A model generated the notes under the pieces. The model saw nothing but the letters and a program-made list of their open reading frames with translations, was not told the DNA's origin and made no database searches. A stretch of 64,000 nucleotides of DNA, taken from positions 2,160-66,159 of the IMG/VR virus record IMGVR_UViG_3300003702_000001; one strand, given 5' to 3'. The position numbers and the translations under genes are program-made. Shown piece by piece: positions 47,087 to 57,100 of this stretch; position 1 is the first letter of the stretch; every line of letters begins with the position of its first letter. The stretch is from a virus (taxonomy: Duplodnaviria > Caudoviricetes).

Positions 47087-47953
47087 ATGAGAGAATACAC
47101 ATACGAATGGAATGCTTCATCCTATGAAGACGAAGATAAACCGATATTGAAAATAACTAAGTCATCCTTTGGTTCATATCAATGGTGTCCTAAGAGATAT
47201 GAATTTCAATATCCTCAACATATGCCAATAGATACAACAGAACTTATGATTAAGGGAACTGTAGTTCATAATAGTAGGCAGAGTTTCTTTGAACTTTTTG
47301 ATGTTAAAAAAGCAGAAGATTTATCTCATAGTGAATTACAAGATTATTGTATGAGTTTATATCCTATTGATGATTATTCAGATATGTATCATATTATGGG
47401 CGTAAATGATGCTAATAGATTTATGACTGCTAAGACACATAATGCTACAGAAGATTATTTGCCTGTAATCAATGAAGTGTTATTAGACGCAGAAATAGTT
47501 ATTGATAGAAATACTCACAAAGATTTTCCACTTAGACAAAATTATAGAGTTCATTTACAAGGAATTATTGATAGGATGTTTTTAGAAGAAGGAGGTTATA
47601 TTCCTATGGAATTAAAAACTGGCCCTTGGAAGGATTGGAAAACAACTATGATGAGAAAGGAGATGGCTTTCTATCAATTACTTGTAGAAAATTGTCCTGA
47701 TGAAATGCTCATAGAAAATGGAATAGACCCTGAAATTAAGATAACACATTGGGGTTGGTATTATCCTGCTTCTAATTTAACCTATATAGAAGAAATTAAG
47801 AAAACTAGCATGAATGCTGTATTAAAAGGAATGGCCAAGATATTATTCTCATATGAAGAAGAATTATTCCCTGCTAAATTTTATGCAAAAACATGTGTGC
47901 ATTGTAGTTTCTATAGTATATGTGATGTAGCACAATCGGATGGGTGGGTATAA
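47087..47953 (+). CDS. Cas4/RecB-like PD-(D/E)xK exonuclease with four Cys
   Basis: WCPKRY, GIIDRM, ELKTG, CVHCSFYSIC; start reset to MREYTY. Confidence 0.85.
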   Translation: MREYTYEWNASSYEDEDKPILKITKSSFGSYQWCPKRYEFQYPQHMPIDTTELMIKGTVVHNSRQSFFELFDVKKAEDLSHSELQDYCMSLYPIDDYSDMYHIMGVNDANRFMTAKTHNATEDYLPVINEVLLDAEIVIDRNTHKDFPLRQNYRVHLQGIIDRMFLEEGGYIPMELKTGPWKDWKTTMMRKEMAFYQLLVENCPDEMLIENGIDPEIKITHWGWYYPASNLTYIEEIKKTSMNAVLKGMAKILFSYEEELFPAKFYAKTCVHCSFYSICDVAQSDGWV

Positions 47954-48297
47954 TGATAATGGATTCATACCAAAGAGTAGCAAGAAAGACTGTAATATAT
48001 CCTAGAAAGCAAATGATAATTTATCCGGCACTTGGATTAGCAGGTGAAGCCGGAGAAGTATGCGAAAAGGTCAAGAAGTATCTTCGTGGAGATTATGATG
48101 TTCCATATAGACCCTCTCAATCTAAAGATGTGCTAGCAGATAAGGTTGAAGAAGAACTAGGTGATGTGCTATGGTATATCGCAAATCTAGCAACAGACTT
48201 AGGGCTATCATTAGATAATATAGCCGCTAAAAATCTAGCGAAACTCCACGACAGAAAAGAAAGAAATGTATTACAAGGTGACGGTGATGATAGATGA
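47944..48297 (+). CDS. mazG: MazG-like nucleotide pyrophosphohydrolase
   Basis: LGLAGEAGEV.EKVKK...EELGDVLWY. Confidence 0.9.
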   Translation: MGIMIMDSYQRVARKTVIYPRKQMIIYPALGLAGEAGEVCEKVKKYLRGDYDVPYRPSQSKDVLADKVEEELGDVLWYIANLATDLGLSLDNIAAKNLAKLHDRKERNVLQGDGDDR

Positions 48298-48674
48298 GTA
48301 ACATAGAAAAATTAGTAAAGCAAGAATTAATGAAGAAATCATGGACATTTGGTGAAATAGCAAATGTATCTAATACAGTTGAAGAGATAACTGAAAGTAT
48401 TAGACAACATATACCTACTAAAGACAAGATAAAAATGGTATGGAATGTAGAAGTATTTGCTGAAGAGTTAACTCCATTTGGACAAATTTATAGTAATGTA
48501 GTTAATTCTACTTTAAAAGAACAAGTAGCAGGATTTGTTAAAGAAGCATTATTAAATGCAGAAGTATTATTCAATGAGGTAGAAGGAAATGAAATATCCG
48601 AAGGAAGTTTGGGCGGGAAGTCATCTAAGGAACGCAAGACAGATGAAGAGAAACCTAGTGATGACCAAGAGTGA
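48294..48674 (+). CDS. Hypothetical protein
   Basis: ORF track. Confidence 0.6.
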   Translation: MSNIEKLVKQELMKKSWTFGEIANVSNTVEEITESIRQHIPTKDKIKMVWNVEVFAEELTPFGQIYSNVVNSTLKEQVAGFVKEALLNAEVLFNEVEGNEISEGSLGGKSSKERKTDEEKPSDDQE

Positions 48675-49608
48675 AATGATAGATTGGATTAAATTGTATA
48701 ATGGTAAGATGAATTGCTATTACACTATCTATGACTTTGAAGAATTTTCAGATAAAGAAAAGATAGAATCATCAATTATATTAGATAGAGCATTTTTAGA
48801 TTTTGATGCACATAAAGATATTACTATTGATGAAGCATATCAAGATTTCAAAACAGCCGTTTATTTTTTATTAACTGCAACAATTAAAATTCAAATGTAT
48901 TTTAGTGGAAAGGGTTTTCATATAATAGTTCATGGAGAAAGAGCCAAGGATATTAGACAAATTCAATCTTGGTATAGATTATTAAAGGAGAAAATAGGCC
49001 CACTCAAATCACTTGATGATAGCGGAATCCAAACCAATAGATTAAGAAGAATACCTAATACTGTTAATATGAGTAGTTCTGATGAAAACGGAGAACCATA
49101 TTTCTGTATTCCAATTCTTAAAGAAGACTTAACCAAACCATCATATGAAATACTAACATTGGCTAAAGAACCTAGATTCGTTAAAAGTGAATATGGAAGT
49201 TGGAGAACTAATTGGCCTAGTGTAAAACCAATAGAGATATCAGAAGAAGAGATAGAACCAATAAAACCAATAGGAAAATTGCCAATTGTCCCTTGTTTAT
49301 ACAATGCTATTATGGTTCAAAATCCCGGTCATTATGCTAGAGTTTATTTGGTTCAATGGTATAGAGATATTTTAACAATGGGACAAAGAGAAATGCCTCT
49401 TGAAAAGAAGAAAGAAGTAGCAAATCAAATCATGGAGGAACTTAAGGAAATTGCTTCCTATGAAGATGTATGGTTGGATTGGGATGAATATAAAACTAAG
49501 AATTATGTATGGGGCATAGTGAATAAAGGATATAATGCACCGAGTTGTTCTAATATATTAATTCCTCAAGGTTATTGTGTCGGTAAGTGTTGGAGGTATG
49601 GTGAATGA
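48589..49608 (+). CDS. priS: Archaeo-eukaryotic primase, PriS fused to a PriL-C-like Fe-S domain
   Basis: LDFD, SGKGFH, RRIPNT; C-terminal PCL...HYAR...PSC...YCVGKC. Confidence 0.85.
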   Translation: MKYPKEVWAGSHLRNARQMKRNLVMTKSEMIDWIKLYNGKMNCYYTIYDFEEFSDKEKIESSIILDRAFLDFDAHKDITIDEAYQDFKTAVYFLLTATIKIQMYFSGKGFHIIVHGERAKDIRQIQSWYRLLKEKIGPLKSLDDSGIQTNRLRRIPNTVNMSSSDENGEPYFCIPILKEDLTKPSYEILTLAKEPRFVKSEYGSWRTNWPSVKPIEISEEEIEPIKPIGKLPIVPCLYNAIMVQNPGHYARVYLVQWYRDILTMGQREMPLEKKKEVANQIMEELKEIASYEDVWLDWDEYKTKNYVWGIVNKGYNAPSCSNILIPQGYCVGKCWRYGE

Positions 49609-50324
49609 AATTAAGTATAGATAGCAGAGAACACTCTAAACTTTCTGAAGCAGTAGAAAAAGAAGCATTAGGTATGAATATTCCAATAGAAAAATTATGG
49701 TTAGAGATAGGAGATTATGTTTTTGACGATGTTTGTTTTGAGGCCAAGTCCTCTTTTGATTTTCTTCAATCGGTTATGAATAAGAGATTATGGAATCAAC
49801 TAGACAACATGGATAGGGCTTATAACAATAATAATGTAATAATATATGGAACTTTAAATTCTGCTATCACTCAGTATATGAAAAATATTAAAGTAACCCC
49901 GAAATGGAAACCACAAAACACAGACTCATTGCAAAGAAAATTATATTTCCATAATAAATTCATGGGTGCTATAGGAAGAATCATTTTAGATACCGATTGT
50001 AATTTGATATTAACCTCTAATGAAAAGATAGCCGCAAAGGTAATCTGTTCTGTATTCAAAATGAAACCAATAGATAGAGAAGTCTATCAACCTAGGCTAA
50101 TTAAACAGAAGAAAATTAGCACATCAGATTTAAGAGTAGATGTTCTTATGACTATTAAGGGCATTAGTGAACAGAAGGCAACATTACTAATACAAGAGTT
50201 TGGTTCCATTATGGAACTAGGAGAATCCTCAGTTAGCGAATTATGCAAACTGAAAGGAGTGGGGGAAACTTTAGCCAATAGACTTTTGAACACTCTAAAT
50301 TCTGAGGATAAACAGGTGATATAA
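49605..50324 (+). CDS. ERCC4/XPF (Hef-like) nuclease with HhH motifs
   Basis: IDSRE, IGDY, FEAK; IKGISE and LKGVGE HhH motifs. Confidence 0.88.
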   Translation: MKLSIDSREHSKLSEAVEKEALGMNIPIEKLWLEIGDYVFDDVCFEAKSSFDFLQSVMNKRLWNQLDNMDRAYNNNNVIIYGTLNSAITQYMKNIKVTPKWKPQNTDSLQRKLYFHNKFMGAIGRIILDTDCNLILTSNEKIAAKVICSVFKMKPIDREVYQPRLIKQKKISTSDLRVDVLMTIKGISEQKATLLIQEFGSIMELGESSVSELCKLKGVGETLANRLLNTLNSEDKQVI

Positions 50325-51767
50325 ATGATAGATGAAAATGAGTTAGATGAATTATATTATGGATTCATAGAAGATGAACAAGAAAGCAATAAATTAAGTT
50401 TACCCATATTTATAGAAGAGTATGTTAAAAGTGCAACAGAAGTATCTAAATATAATCATGTGCCAGCCGCAATCAGTGCGTTTGTTTTATTAGGACAAAT
50501 TTGTAAAGATAAGGTTTCTCTAGTAAGTGGAAGAAGAACAGAAGATACTAGAATTCCTTTTCTTTGGATGCAAACTTCTGGAACAGGAAAATCAGAAATG
50601 TATAATTTCTACGGGCCAGTTTCAAGAAAAACATTCCAAATTTTAAATTTAAAGCATAAGACTAATTTCACAATCTTTGATATTAAAGAAATAACTGATG
50701 CGGCTTTAATAGGTTCTTTAAAACAAGAAGAACATATTGTAGAAGATGACGATGGCAATAGACGAAAAGAATATATTAGTGTCCCAATTAAAGGTGCATT
50801 AGAAGGAAGCGGTCTTATTGTATATGATGAGTTTGAGCATTCAGGTGTATTCAGACAGACTCAACATAGAGAGAATGTGGTGTTATATCTTAACACCTTA
50901 ATGAATTCATTACATGGTCAAAATTGGCAAATCACTAAGAAACTAAAAGATAGTGATGAACCTATAATTTGTTTATGTCGTAGGTCACCTTACGCTACAA
51001 CTTATATTCCCGAAGGATTAACTAAAGTTATATCTGAAAAAGGAGTTCTTCAAAGAATGCTTATATTTATTTGGGAAGTTCCACAACATATTCAAGATGA
51101 AATTCGTGAGAGTGTTATACTTGAAGTTGGTACTAAAATAGATAATGTAGCACCTATCAATAAATTTGCAAATGGATTTGTAAAAATTTATGAAGCACTA
51201 GATGAAAGGTTCAAAGAAGTGGATGAAAATCCTGAGAAAGTAATAGTGTATTCTGATAATTTTACAGATGCTTTAATGAGAGAATTTTGGAGCATGAAGA
51301 ATTACATTGCTAACAGCCGACCCGAAGTATTAACTATAGCAGGGAATTTTATTACTAGAATGAATAACCACTTGGTTAGAATGGCTGTATTATGTTGTAT
51401 CGCAGAAGCCCCTAGTATCAAGGATAAAAGTAAAAGGTATATTGTAAACACCAATCATGTTGTTCAAGCATCTTCTCTCATCCGACAATGCTATAAGAGT
51501 CTCGTCTCTTGGCTAGATGTAGCCCTCAAGGTTCATAAGAAGACCTTAGAAGACCGAGCCAATGTAAATGCATTTAGAGAGTCTTACCAAGAACTTAAAG
51601 ATAAAGATGGATGGGTAAGTAAAACTAGATTATTCGGTAAAGTAAGAGAGAAAACAGGGAAACACGATTCCACATTATACAAATGGTGGCAAACTATTGA
51701 AGAACATTTTGAAACAAAAAGGATTGCCAAGAGAGTATATGTGAAAATAATGGAGGAAAGTAAATGA
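50325..51767 (+). CDS. Putative replicative helicase (MCM-like/DUF3987-like P-loop ATPase)
   Basis: SGTGKS, IVYDEF, LQRML arginine finger; C-terminal wHTH-like segment. Confidence 0.65.
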   Translation: MIDENELDELYYGFIEDEQESNKLSLPIFIEEYVKSATEVSKYNHVPAAISAFVLLGQICKDKVSLVSGRRTEDTRIPFLWMQTSGTGKSEMYNFYGPVSRKTFQILNLKHKTNFTIFDIKEITDAALIGSLKQEEHIVEDDDGNRRKEYISVPIKGALEGSGLIVYDEFEHSGVFRQTQHRENVVLYLNTLMNSLHGQNWQITKKLKDSDEPIICLCRRSPYATTYIPEGLTKVISEKGVLQRMLIFIWEVPQHIQDEIRESVILEVGTKIDNVAPINKFANGFVKIYEALDERFKEVDENPEKVIVYSDNFTDALMREFWSMKNYIANSRPEVLTIAGNFITRMNNHLVRMAVLCCIAEAPSIKDKSKRYIVNTNHVVQASSLIRQCYKSLVSWLDVALKVHKKTLEDRANVNAFRESYQELKDKDGWVSKTRLFGKVREKTGKHDSTLYKWWQTIEEHFETKRIAKRVYVKIMEESK

Positions 51768-52039
51768 AAACGAAAGAGAAAGTAACAGAACTGACTTTTG
51801 CAGAACTAGAATTATACTATTTCTTGCAGAAAAGTTTTAATGAGTTGGCAAAATTCATTGATACTGTTAGAGGCCGCAATAAGAAGAAAACCAATGAGTT
51901 GCATGGGAAATACTATAACCTACCCTACGCTGAGAGGAAAGTAGTGGATGGTGTAGTTAACCGTGCTAAGAAAGCAAAGCATCATTTAGATGTGTATGCA
52001 GGTATTCGTGTGGTTGAAGATACTTTAACAGCAGAGTGA
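51764..52039 (+). CDS. Hypothetical protein
   Basis: ORF track. Confidence 0.55.
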   Translation: MKTKEKVTELTFAELELYYFLQKSFNELAKFIDTVRGRNKKKTNELHGKYYNLPYAERKVVDGVVNRAKKAKHHLDVYAGIRVVEDTLTAE

Positions 52040-52043
52040 TAAA

Positions 52044-52286
52044 ATGAAGAAAAATGAAACAATGTACATTATATTTAATGTCTCAGATGGCCCTAAAGTA
52101 ATAACAGAAACTTTAAATACTAAAGGACAAGATGGTTGGTGGTTAGCCACCGCTATTAATGTAGGCGGAGATAAGTTATGCATGTGGATGAATAGAAATG
52201 TTGATTCAAAAAGCCCAGACCCCGAAGCGGCAGAAAAGAGTAAGTTGTCTGAATTATGGTCTGATATAACGGGTGATGATGATTGA
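52044..52286 (+). CDS. Small DUF4177-like protein
   Basis: ETLNTKGQDGWWL. Confidence 0.5.
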   Translation: MKKNETMYIIFNVSDGPKVITETLNTKGQDGWWLATAINVGGDKLCMWMNRNVDSKSPDPEAAEKSKLSELWSDITGDDD

Positions 52287-52876
52287 GTGTTTTAGCCATA
52301 GACTTAGAAACTAAGAATTATGCTCATGAAATAGGTGGGTGGAACAATACCCACATGTTCAGAGTTTCTACAGTTTGTACATGGGATGGCGACAAAGGCA
52401 CAATTTACATTGATAAACCAGTAGATGACTTAAACAAAGGAAATGTAGAAGTGAAACCGATTTCACAATTAAAATATGATTTAGATGACCACTTTGAAAA
52501 GGGTGGTCTTTTACTTGGACATAATATAACTTCATTTGATTTGCCCATATTAAAAAATGCATTGGATATTTATTGCATCAAAAAGTATATGGACAAAAAA
52601 GCATTCATAGATACTAGTCAGTATCTAAATAAAGAATATGGGGAAAGATATAGTTTATCTAATCTTGTTCAAAATACATTGGACTCAGATAAATTAATGA
52701 ATAGTGAAGATGCTCCTGTAATTTGGAAAGCAGGGGGTTATGAAGAAGTAGCAAAATATTGTTTAAAAGATTGTGAATTGGTGTATGATTTGTGGAAACA
52801 CGGACAAGAAAATGATGTGGTTAAAGGTTTATCCTCTAACCAAGAAAAAGTAATAGAACTAGAGGTAAGGTGGTAA
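52283..52876 (+). CDS. RNase H-like DEDD exonuclease (YprB-like)
   Basis: AIDLET, GHNITSFD, YCLKD. Confidence 0.85.
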   Translation: MSVLAIDLETKNYAHEIGGWNNTHMFRVSTVCTWDGDKGTIYIDKPVDDLNKGNVEVKPISQLKYDLDDHFEKGGLLLGHNITSFDLPILKNALDIYCIKKYMDKKAFIDTSQYLNKEYGERYSLSNLVQNTLDSDKLMNSEDAPVIWKAGGYEEVAKYCLKDCELVYDLWKHGQENDVVKGLSSNQEKVIELEVRW

Positions 52877-52878
52877 GA

Positions 52879-53037
52879 ATGGAAACTATTGAAATAATGA
52901 TATGGTTAGTATTCATCATTATTATATCTTTATTATTCTTCGCAGCATTTGGTAATTCTAAATATAATGAATCTACCATAGAGGAATATATGCAGAGATT
53001 AATTGATGATGAGGCAATAAATAATGGCCCTCCGTGA
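52879..53037 (+). CDS. 52-aa membrane protein
   Basis: Translated by hand: METIEIMIWLVFIIIISLLFFAAFG... Confidence 0.6.
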   Translation: METIEIMIWLVFIIIISLLFFAAFGNSKYNESTIEEYMQRLIDDEAINNGPP

Positions 53038-53182
53038 ACAATGCTTTAATTGCGGAATACATACCATTCCTAAAAGGATTCATGGTATATACATAGGCTC
53101 TACAGAATCTGTAAAAATTTGGGAATGTAGAGAATGTAACTCCTTGTGGTCGGAAAAAACTAATCTAAAAATGATTAGTTAG
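53024..53182 (+). CDS. 52-aa Zn-ribbon protein
   Basis: Translated by hand: CFNCG...WECRECN. Confidence 0.6.
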   Translation: MALREQCFNCGIHTIPKRIHGIYIGSTESVKIWECRECNSLWSEKTNLKMIS

Positions 53183-53200
53183 TCCGACTACAGGGTTAAA

Positions 53201-53219
53201 TTTTTTTTTTATTTTTTTT
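53201..53219 (+). terminator. Oligo-T terminator ending the rightward block
   Basis: T10-A-T8 immediately after the last plus-strand ORF; archaeal terminators are oligo-T tracts. Confidence 0.6.
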
Positions 53220-53514
53220 AGCATCAAATAATAATTGACTAATATTTTTATTCCTTTTTGATGAAAGTTTTATCAATTAATTATTTTTAGAAAATCACAG
53301 AATTTCAGTTTGTTGGGGGTGCTTGAACAGGCTCCTATTGCCCTTTCTGAGCCTCTGAGGGGTGCTGTAAGCGAGTCCTGAAGCCCGACCCTCTACGACC
53401 CCTAACGGCTCATAATCGCTCTCTAAGGCATGTAAGGAGGGAGTAATAAGTTACTCCTTTTGCACAGTTCATATACTCTCAGACCCCCCATAATTACACT
53501 AAATTATTTTTCAA

Positions 53515-53814
53515 TCAACTATCTATGGAATCGGTAAAACCATCCATTGTTTTCAAATGGAGGTAACATTGTTTCAGTAAATTATACTGTGTTTTAGCAT
53601 TACCAATGTTTAATATGGTGCTGAAACTTTTCCCCCCAAAGGGGTGTTCTCCCTCTTCTTTCGCATCTTCGTTCTTGTAGAATTTAACTGAGTATTCTAC
53701 ACTAACGCCTTCATCATTTTGCATATTGCTAAAAGATGCTCTCGCAATCTTTGCATATATATTGGGTATAGTTACCCCTAATTCCTCGTGTTCATAATCT
53801 AGTTCTAAAGCCAT
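53515..53814 (-). CDS. Tail-fibre-associated small protein
   Basis: MALEL...GVTIPNIYAKI...CYLHLKT, a type often found after fibre genes. Confidence 0.55.
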   Translation of the reverse strand: MALELDYEHEELGVTIPNIYAKIARASFSNMQNDEGVSVEYSVKFYKNEDAKEEGEHPFGGKSFSTILNIGNAKTQYNLLKQCYLHLKTMDGFTDSIDS

Positions 53815-53841
53815 TATATCATCCTATTATTTTCCTTTCTC

Positions 53842-54099
53842 CTAAAACCAATTCTCCGGTTGAGGCCAATTATCAACAGCATCATTTGCTGAATCATAAT
53901 TTTCTGGTGCATTTCTTAACCATTGTCTAAATGTAGTAATTGCCTCTTGTTGTTCTTCTGTTAAAGCATTATATTTATCTGTTAACATATGAACATCAGT
54001 TGCCAAAAGTGCAAGGTCTCTTGATTCCCTGAAAGTTTCCCATGTAACATCATAAGGAATTCCATCCTCAGTTCTATACAGTGTTGTTAATCTAATCAT
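53842..54099 (-). CDS. Tail fibre assembly chaperone-like protein
   Basis: RESRDLALLATD...FRQWLRNAP...WP.P motif. Confidence 0.7.
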   Translation of the reverse strand: MIRLTTLYRTEDGIPYDVTWETFRESRDLALLATDVHMLTDKYNALTEEQQEAITTFRQWLRNAPENYDSANDAVDNWPQPENWF

Positions 54100-54118
54100 T
54101 TATTTTCCTCCATTAGTT

Positions 54119-57100
54119 TCATGTGAATGTGCTCCATATTGCTGACTTAGTTCCGCTTCCTGAGTTTGATAAAGCAACCGTTGTTGCAGGTGAAGTTAAG
54201 CCGTTTATCCACACTTTGAAACCATTAGACACACCGACATTACCCCCTGAACCTGAAATGTTAGGTAGTGAGTCTGAAGACCATGCTAAAATATTATAGG
54301 GCGTAGAAGTTTCTTGATTATTAGCCCAATTTGAAGTCATAATAGCATAATATTTTGAACTATCTATTGTTAATGATTGTCCCTGTGCTACTATCCAATC
54401 TACTGAGCCGTAACCTGTTGAACCGCTAAGGTCAACAAACTTTGAAGCAGCCCAACTAGCCGTAGCGATTAATGTGCCATTAGGAGAACTATCTATTAAA
54501 TTTGAATCTGTTAATTCATATAGTGCGGTAGTTACTCCTGTATCAGCAAGACCTGACGATAAAGAATTAATGTAAATCCATGCTTTAGATAGAGTTTTTG
54601 ATTCTAAGAAAGAAACCAAATTACCATAAGCCCAATAAGCATTCATCCCTCCGTTTGTAATGCTACCAGCATTACCATTCATCATCGGAACTCTAGTACT
54701 AGCCGTAAACTTGAAAGCAGCACTATCTGTATTACCACCTACTGCTGTTCCTCCAACAGTTAAAGAACCCGGAATATCAACAACACCGCTTGAATTACCT
54801 GTAATCCAAACAGGAGTTCCATCTCCTGATGATATGGATAATTGGTCATCACCTGTTGCACTTGCTACATCAGCATTTCCAATAACTACATTGTTATCCC
54901 CAGAAGTGATGTTATTCCCGGCTTGATACCCAATGGATATGTTGTTAGCACCACCATTCATGTGCGATTGAGCCTGATACCCTACGGCAGTATTGTAATT
55001 TCCATCGGCCCAATTCTGACTGTGACTTTGATAACCTAATACCACATTTCCTGTGCCACTACGAATCTTGTAGCCAGCATCTTTGCCCATTAGGATATTC
55101 TGCCCTCCTGTTGTCCAATTGTAGAATGCACCCTTTCCGACAACTACATTGTCGTGACCACCTGCTTCTCCTGATTGGCCCCTACCTGCATTTGCACCAA
55201 TAAGTGTGTTACCTGATGTTCCTGTAATGTAAAGATGAGAATTATATCCTATGGCCGTATTGTATTCACCTGCCAAATTAGCACTACTCGCCTCATGTCC
55301 GACAGCAACATTGTAATCCCCAGTTGTCGTAACATCGAGTGCATAGTTTCCAATAGCGATGTTCTTCTCACCACCATTAACAGCACCACCGAGAGCGTCG
55401 TAACCGATTGCGATGTTATCTGATTCTGTGTCTGCGGCAACTAAAGCACCCTTTCCAATAGCGGTGTTTCTTGTGCCTGTCGTGATTGCATATCCTGCAC
55501 TCTCACCAATTCCTATGTTGTAGTCACCTGTCGAGAGAGTTCTCAGAGAATATTTCCCTATTCCTATATTGCTTGAAGCATCGTCGCTAAGACCATACAT
55601 GCTTTGATGCCCAATAGAGATATTATCATCCCCATCGTTAGCGGTAGCATTAGCCGTAGAGCCAAGCGCGATATTGTAATTACCACCATCCAAGTATCGT
55701 CCAGCACTATGTCCGATTATAACATTGGATGCTCCATTGGTATTAGTCAATCCTAATGTATCTCTCCCAATAGCGATATTATTGCCACCAGTCGTCAGAG
55801 TCTTGAGAGAGTTTTTGCCTATACCAACATTGTTATCACCGGAAGTCAATGCCGCGAATACATCTTTACCGATACCAACATTTCCTGATGCCGCATCAAG
55901 AGTCCCATGTGGGGGAGCAGCACCATCAGGAGATATGAGAATACTGTCTGTGAAGTTCGTGATGTTGCTGATTACATCAGTTAAGCCATCAAGTGAAGAA
56001 GCACCACCAACAGCAGAACCTCCAACAGTAAAGGAACCTACAACATTGACTGTTCCATCAGCCGCAATAGTCATTCTTGAAGTTCCGGCTGTTGAGAAAC
56101 CAAGTTGGTCTGCATCAATTCGATACATTCCTGTATTAGTATCGCCATTGAAAGTGTAGTAAGGGGAGGCTGCGGTTCCACTCAGAGCCATAAATTTACC
56201 TGATGAGCCACCGATATAAAAATTGGTAGTAGTAAATCCAACATCACCATGCACTTGCATTTTGTTGCCATATGATGCGTTTGAACCTATGGTAGTATTA
56301 CCTGATTGGTCTATTGAAAAGAAAGTTGAATCAGATGCTTGGTCATGAACTTCAAAGGCATTACCTGTTCCTAATTGAACAATCTTCATTAGTGCAGTAT
56401 CGCTAGTATCTGATATTAAGAACTGTTCTGAACCACTTGTTGAAGTCCAAGTATAACCCGTAGTGCTACCACTAACAGCCGCCCATGCTGTTGAACCATC
56501 TGTTTGAGCAGTTAATACATAATCATTGGTTCCTGTTTTTGCTACTGGTAAATCATATGAGTCATTAATTCTAATTGCTGATGTTCCACTTCCACCACCT
56601 GAAATGTTTAGTTTATCACTTCCATCCCCATATAATTTACCACTATTGATTTTAATTCCTGCTGTTGTAAATGAAGTTTTTACACTCCCACCATGAACAA
56701 ACGAGAAACTATTACCACCATTATGGGTAATACCTGTGTCTGTATCTCCTGTGAAACTCAAAGCAGGAGTAGTTGAATAAGCATCTGCTAATCGAAGTGT
56801 TGGGTCTGTTAAGGTTTTATTTGTTAGTGTCTGTGTTCCTGTTAATGTAGCAACAGTTGAATCAATGGCTATATCATTTGCATTCGCAGTTATACCTGTT
56901 CCACCAATTACATTCAATGTTGGATTAACTGTGCTAGTTCCTGATTGAGTCATTCCTGTTCCAGCAGTAACAGAAGTTACAGTTCCACTAGAACCACTTG
57001 AAACAGTTTGCCAAGAACCATCTCCACGCAAGAACTTAGTTCTATCTCCTGTTACTGCCTTTGGTATTAATCCCGGATTTGCTGCATTACTTGAGTCTGC

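Noticed and set aside
47087-47953. Cas4 as evidence of a CRISPR-Cas locus
   Set aside because: It stands alone in the replication block with no cas1/cas2 or array; solo Cas4-like nucleases are common in archaeal viruses.
1539-52562. Short opposite-strand ORFs in the track (e.g. 1539, 2469, 7576, 24356, 25729, 39518, 48963)
   Set aside because: They are nested antisense to well-supported genes, have atypical composition and lack an SD sequence.
18953-53195. GACTACAGGG present in both non-coding junctions (18953 and 53186)
   Set aside because: A single 10-nt match is expected by chance, and the flanks do not match.
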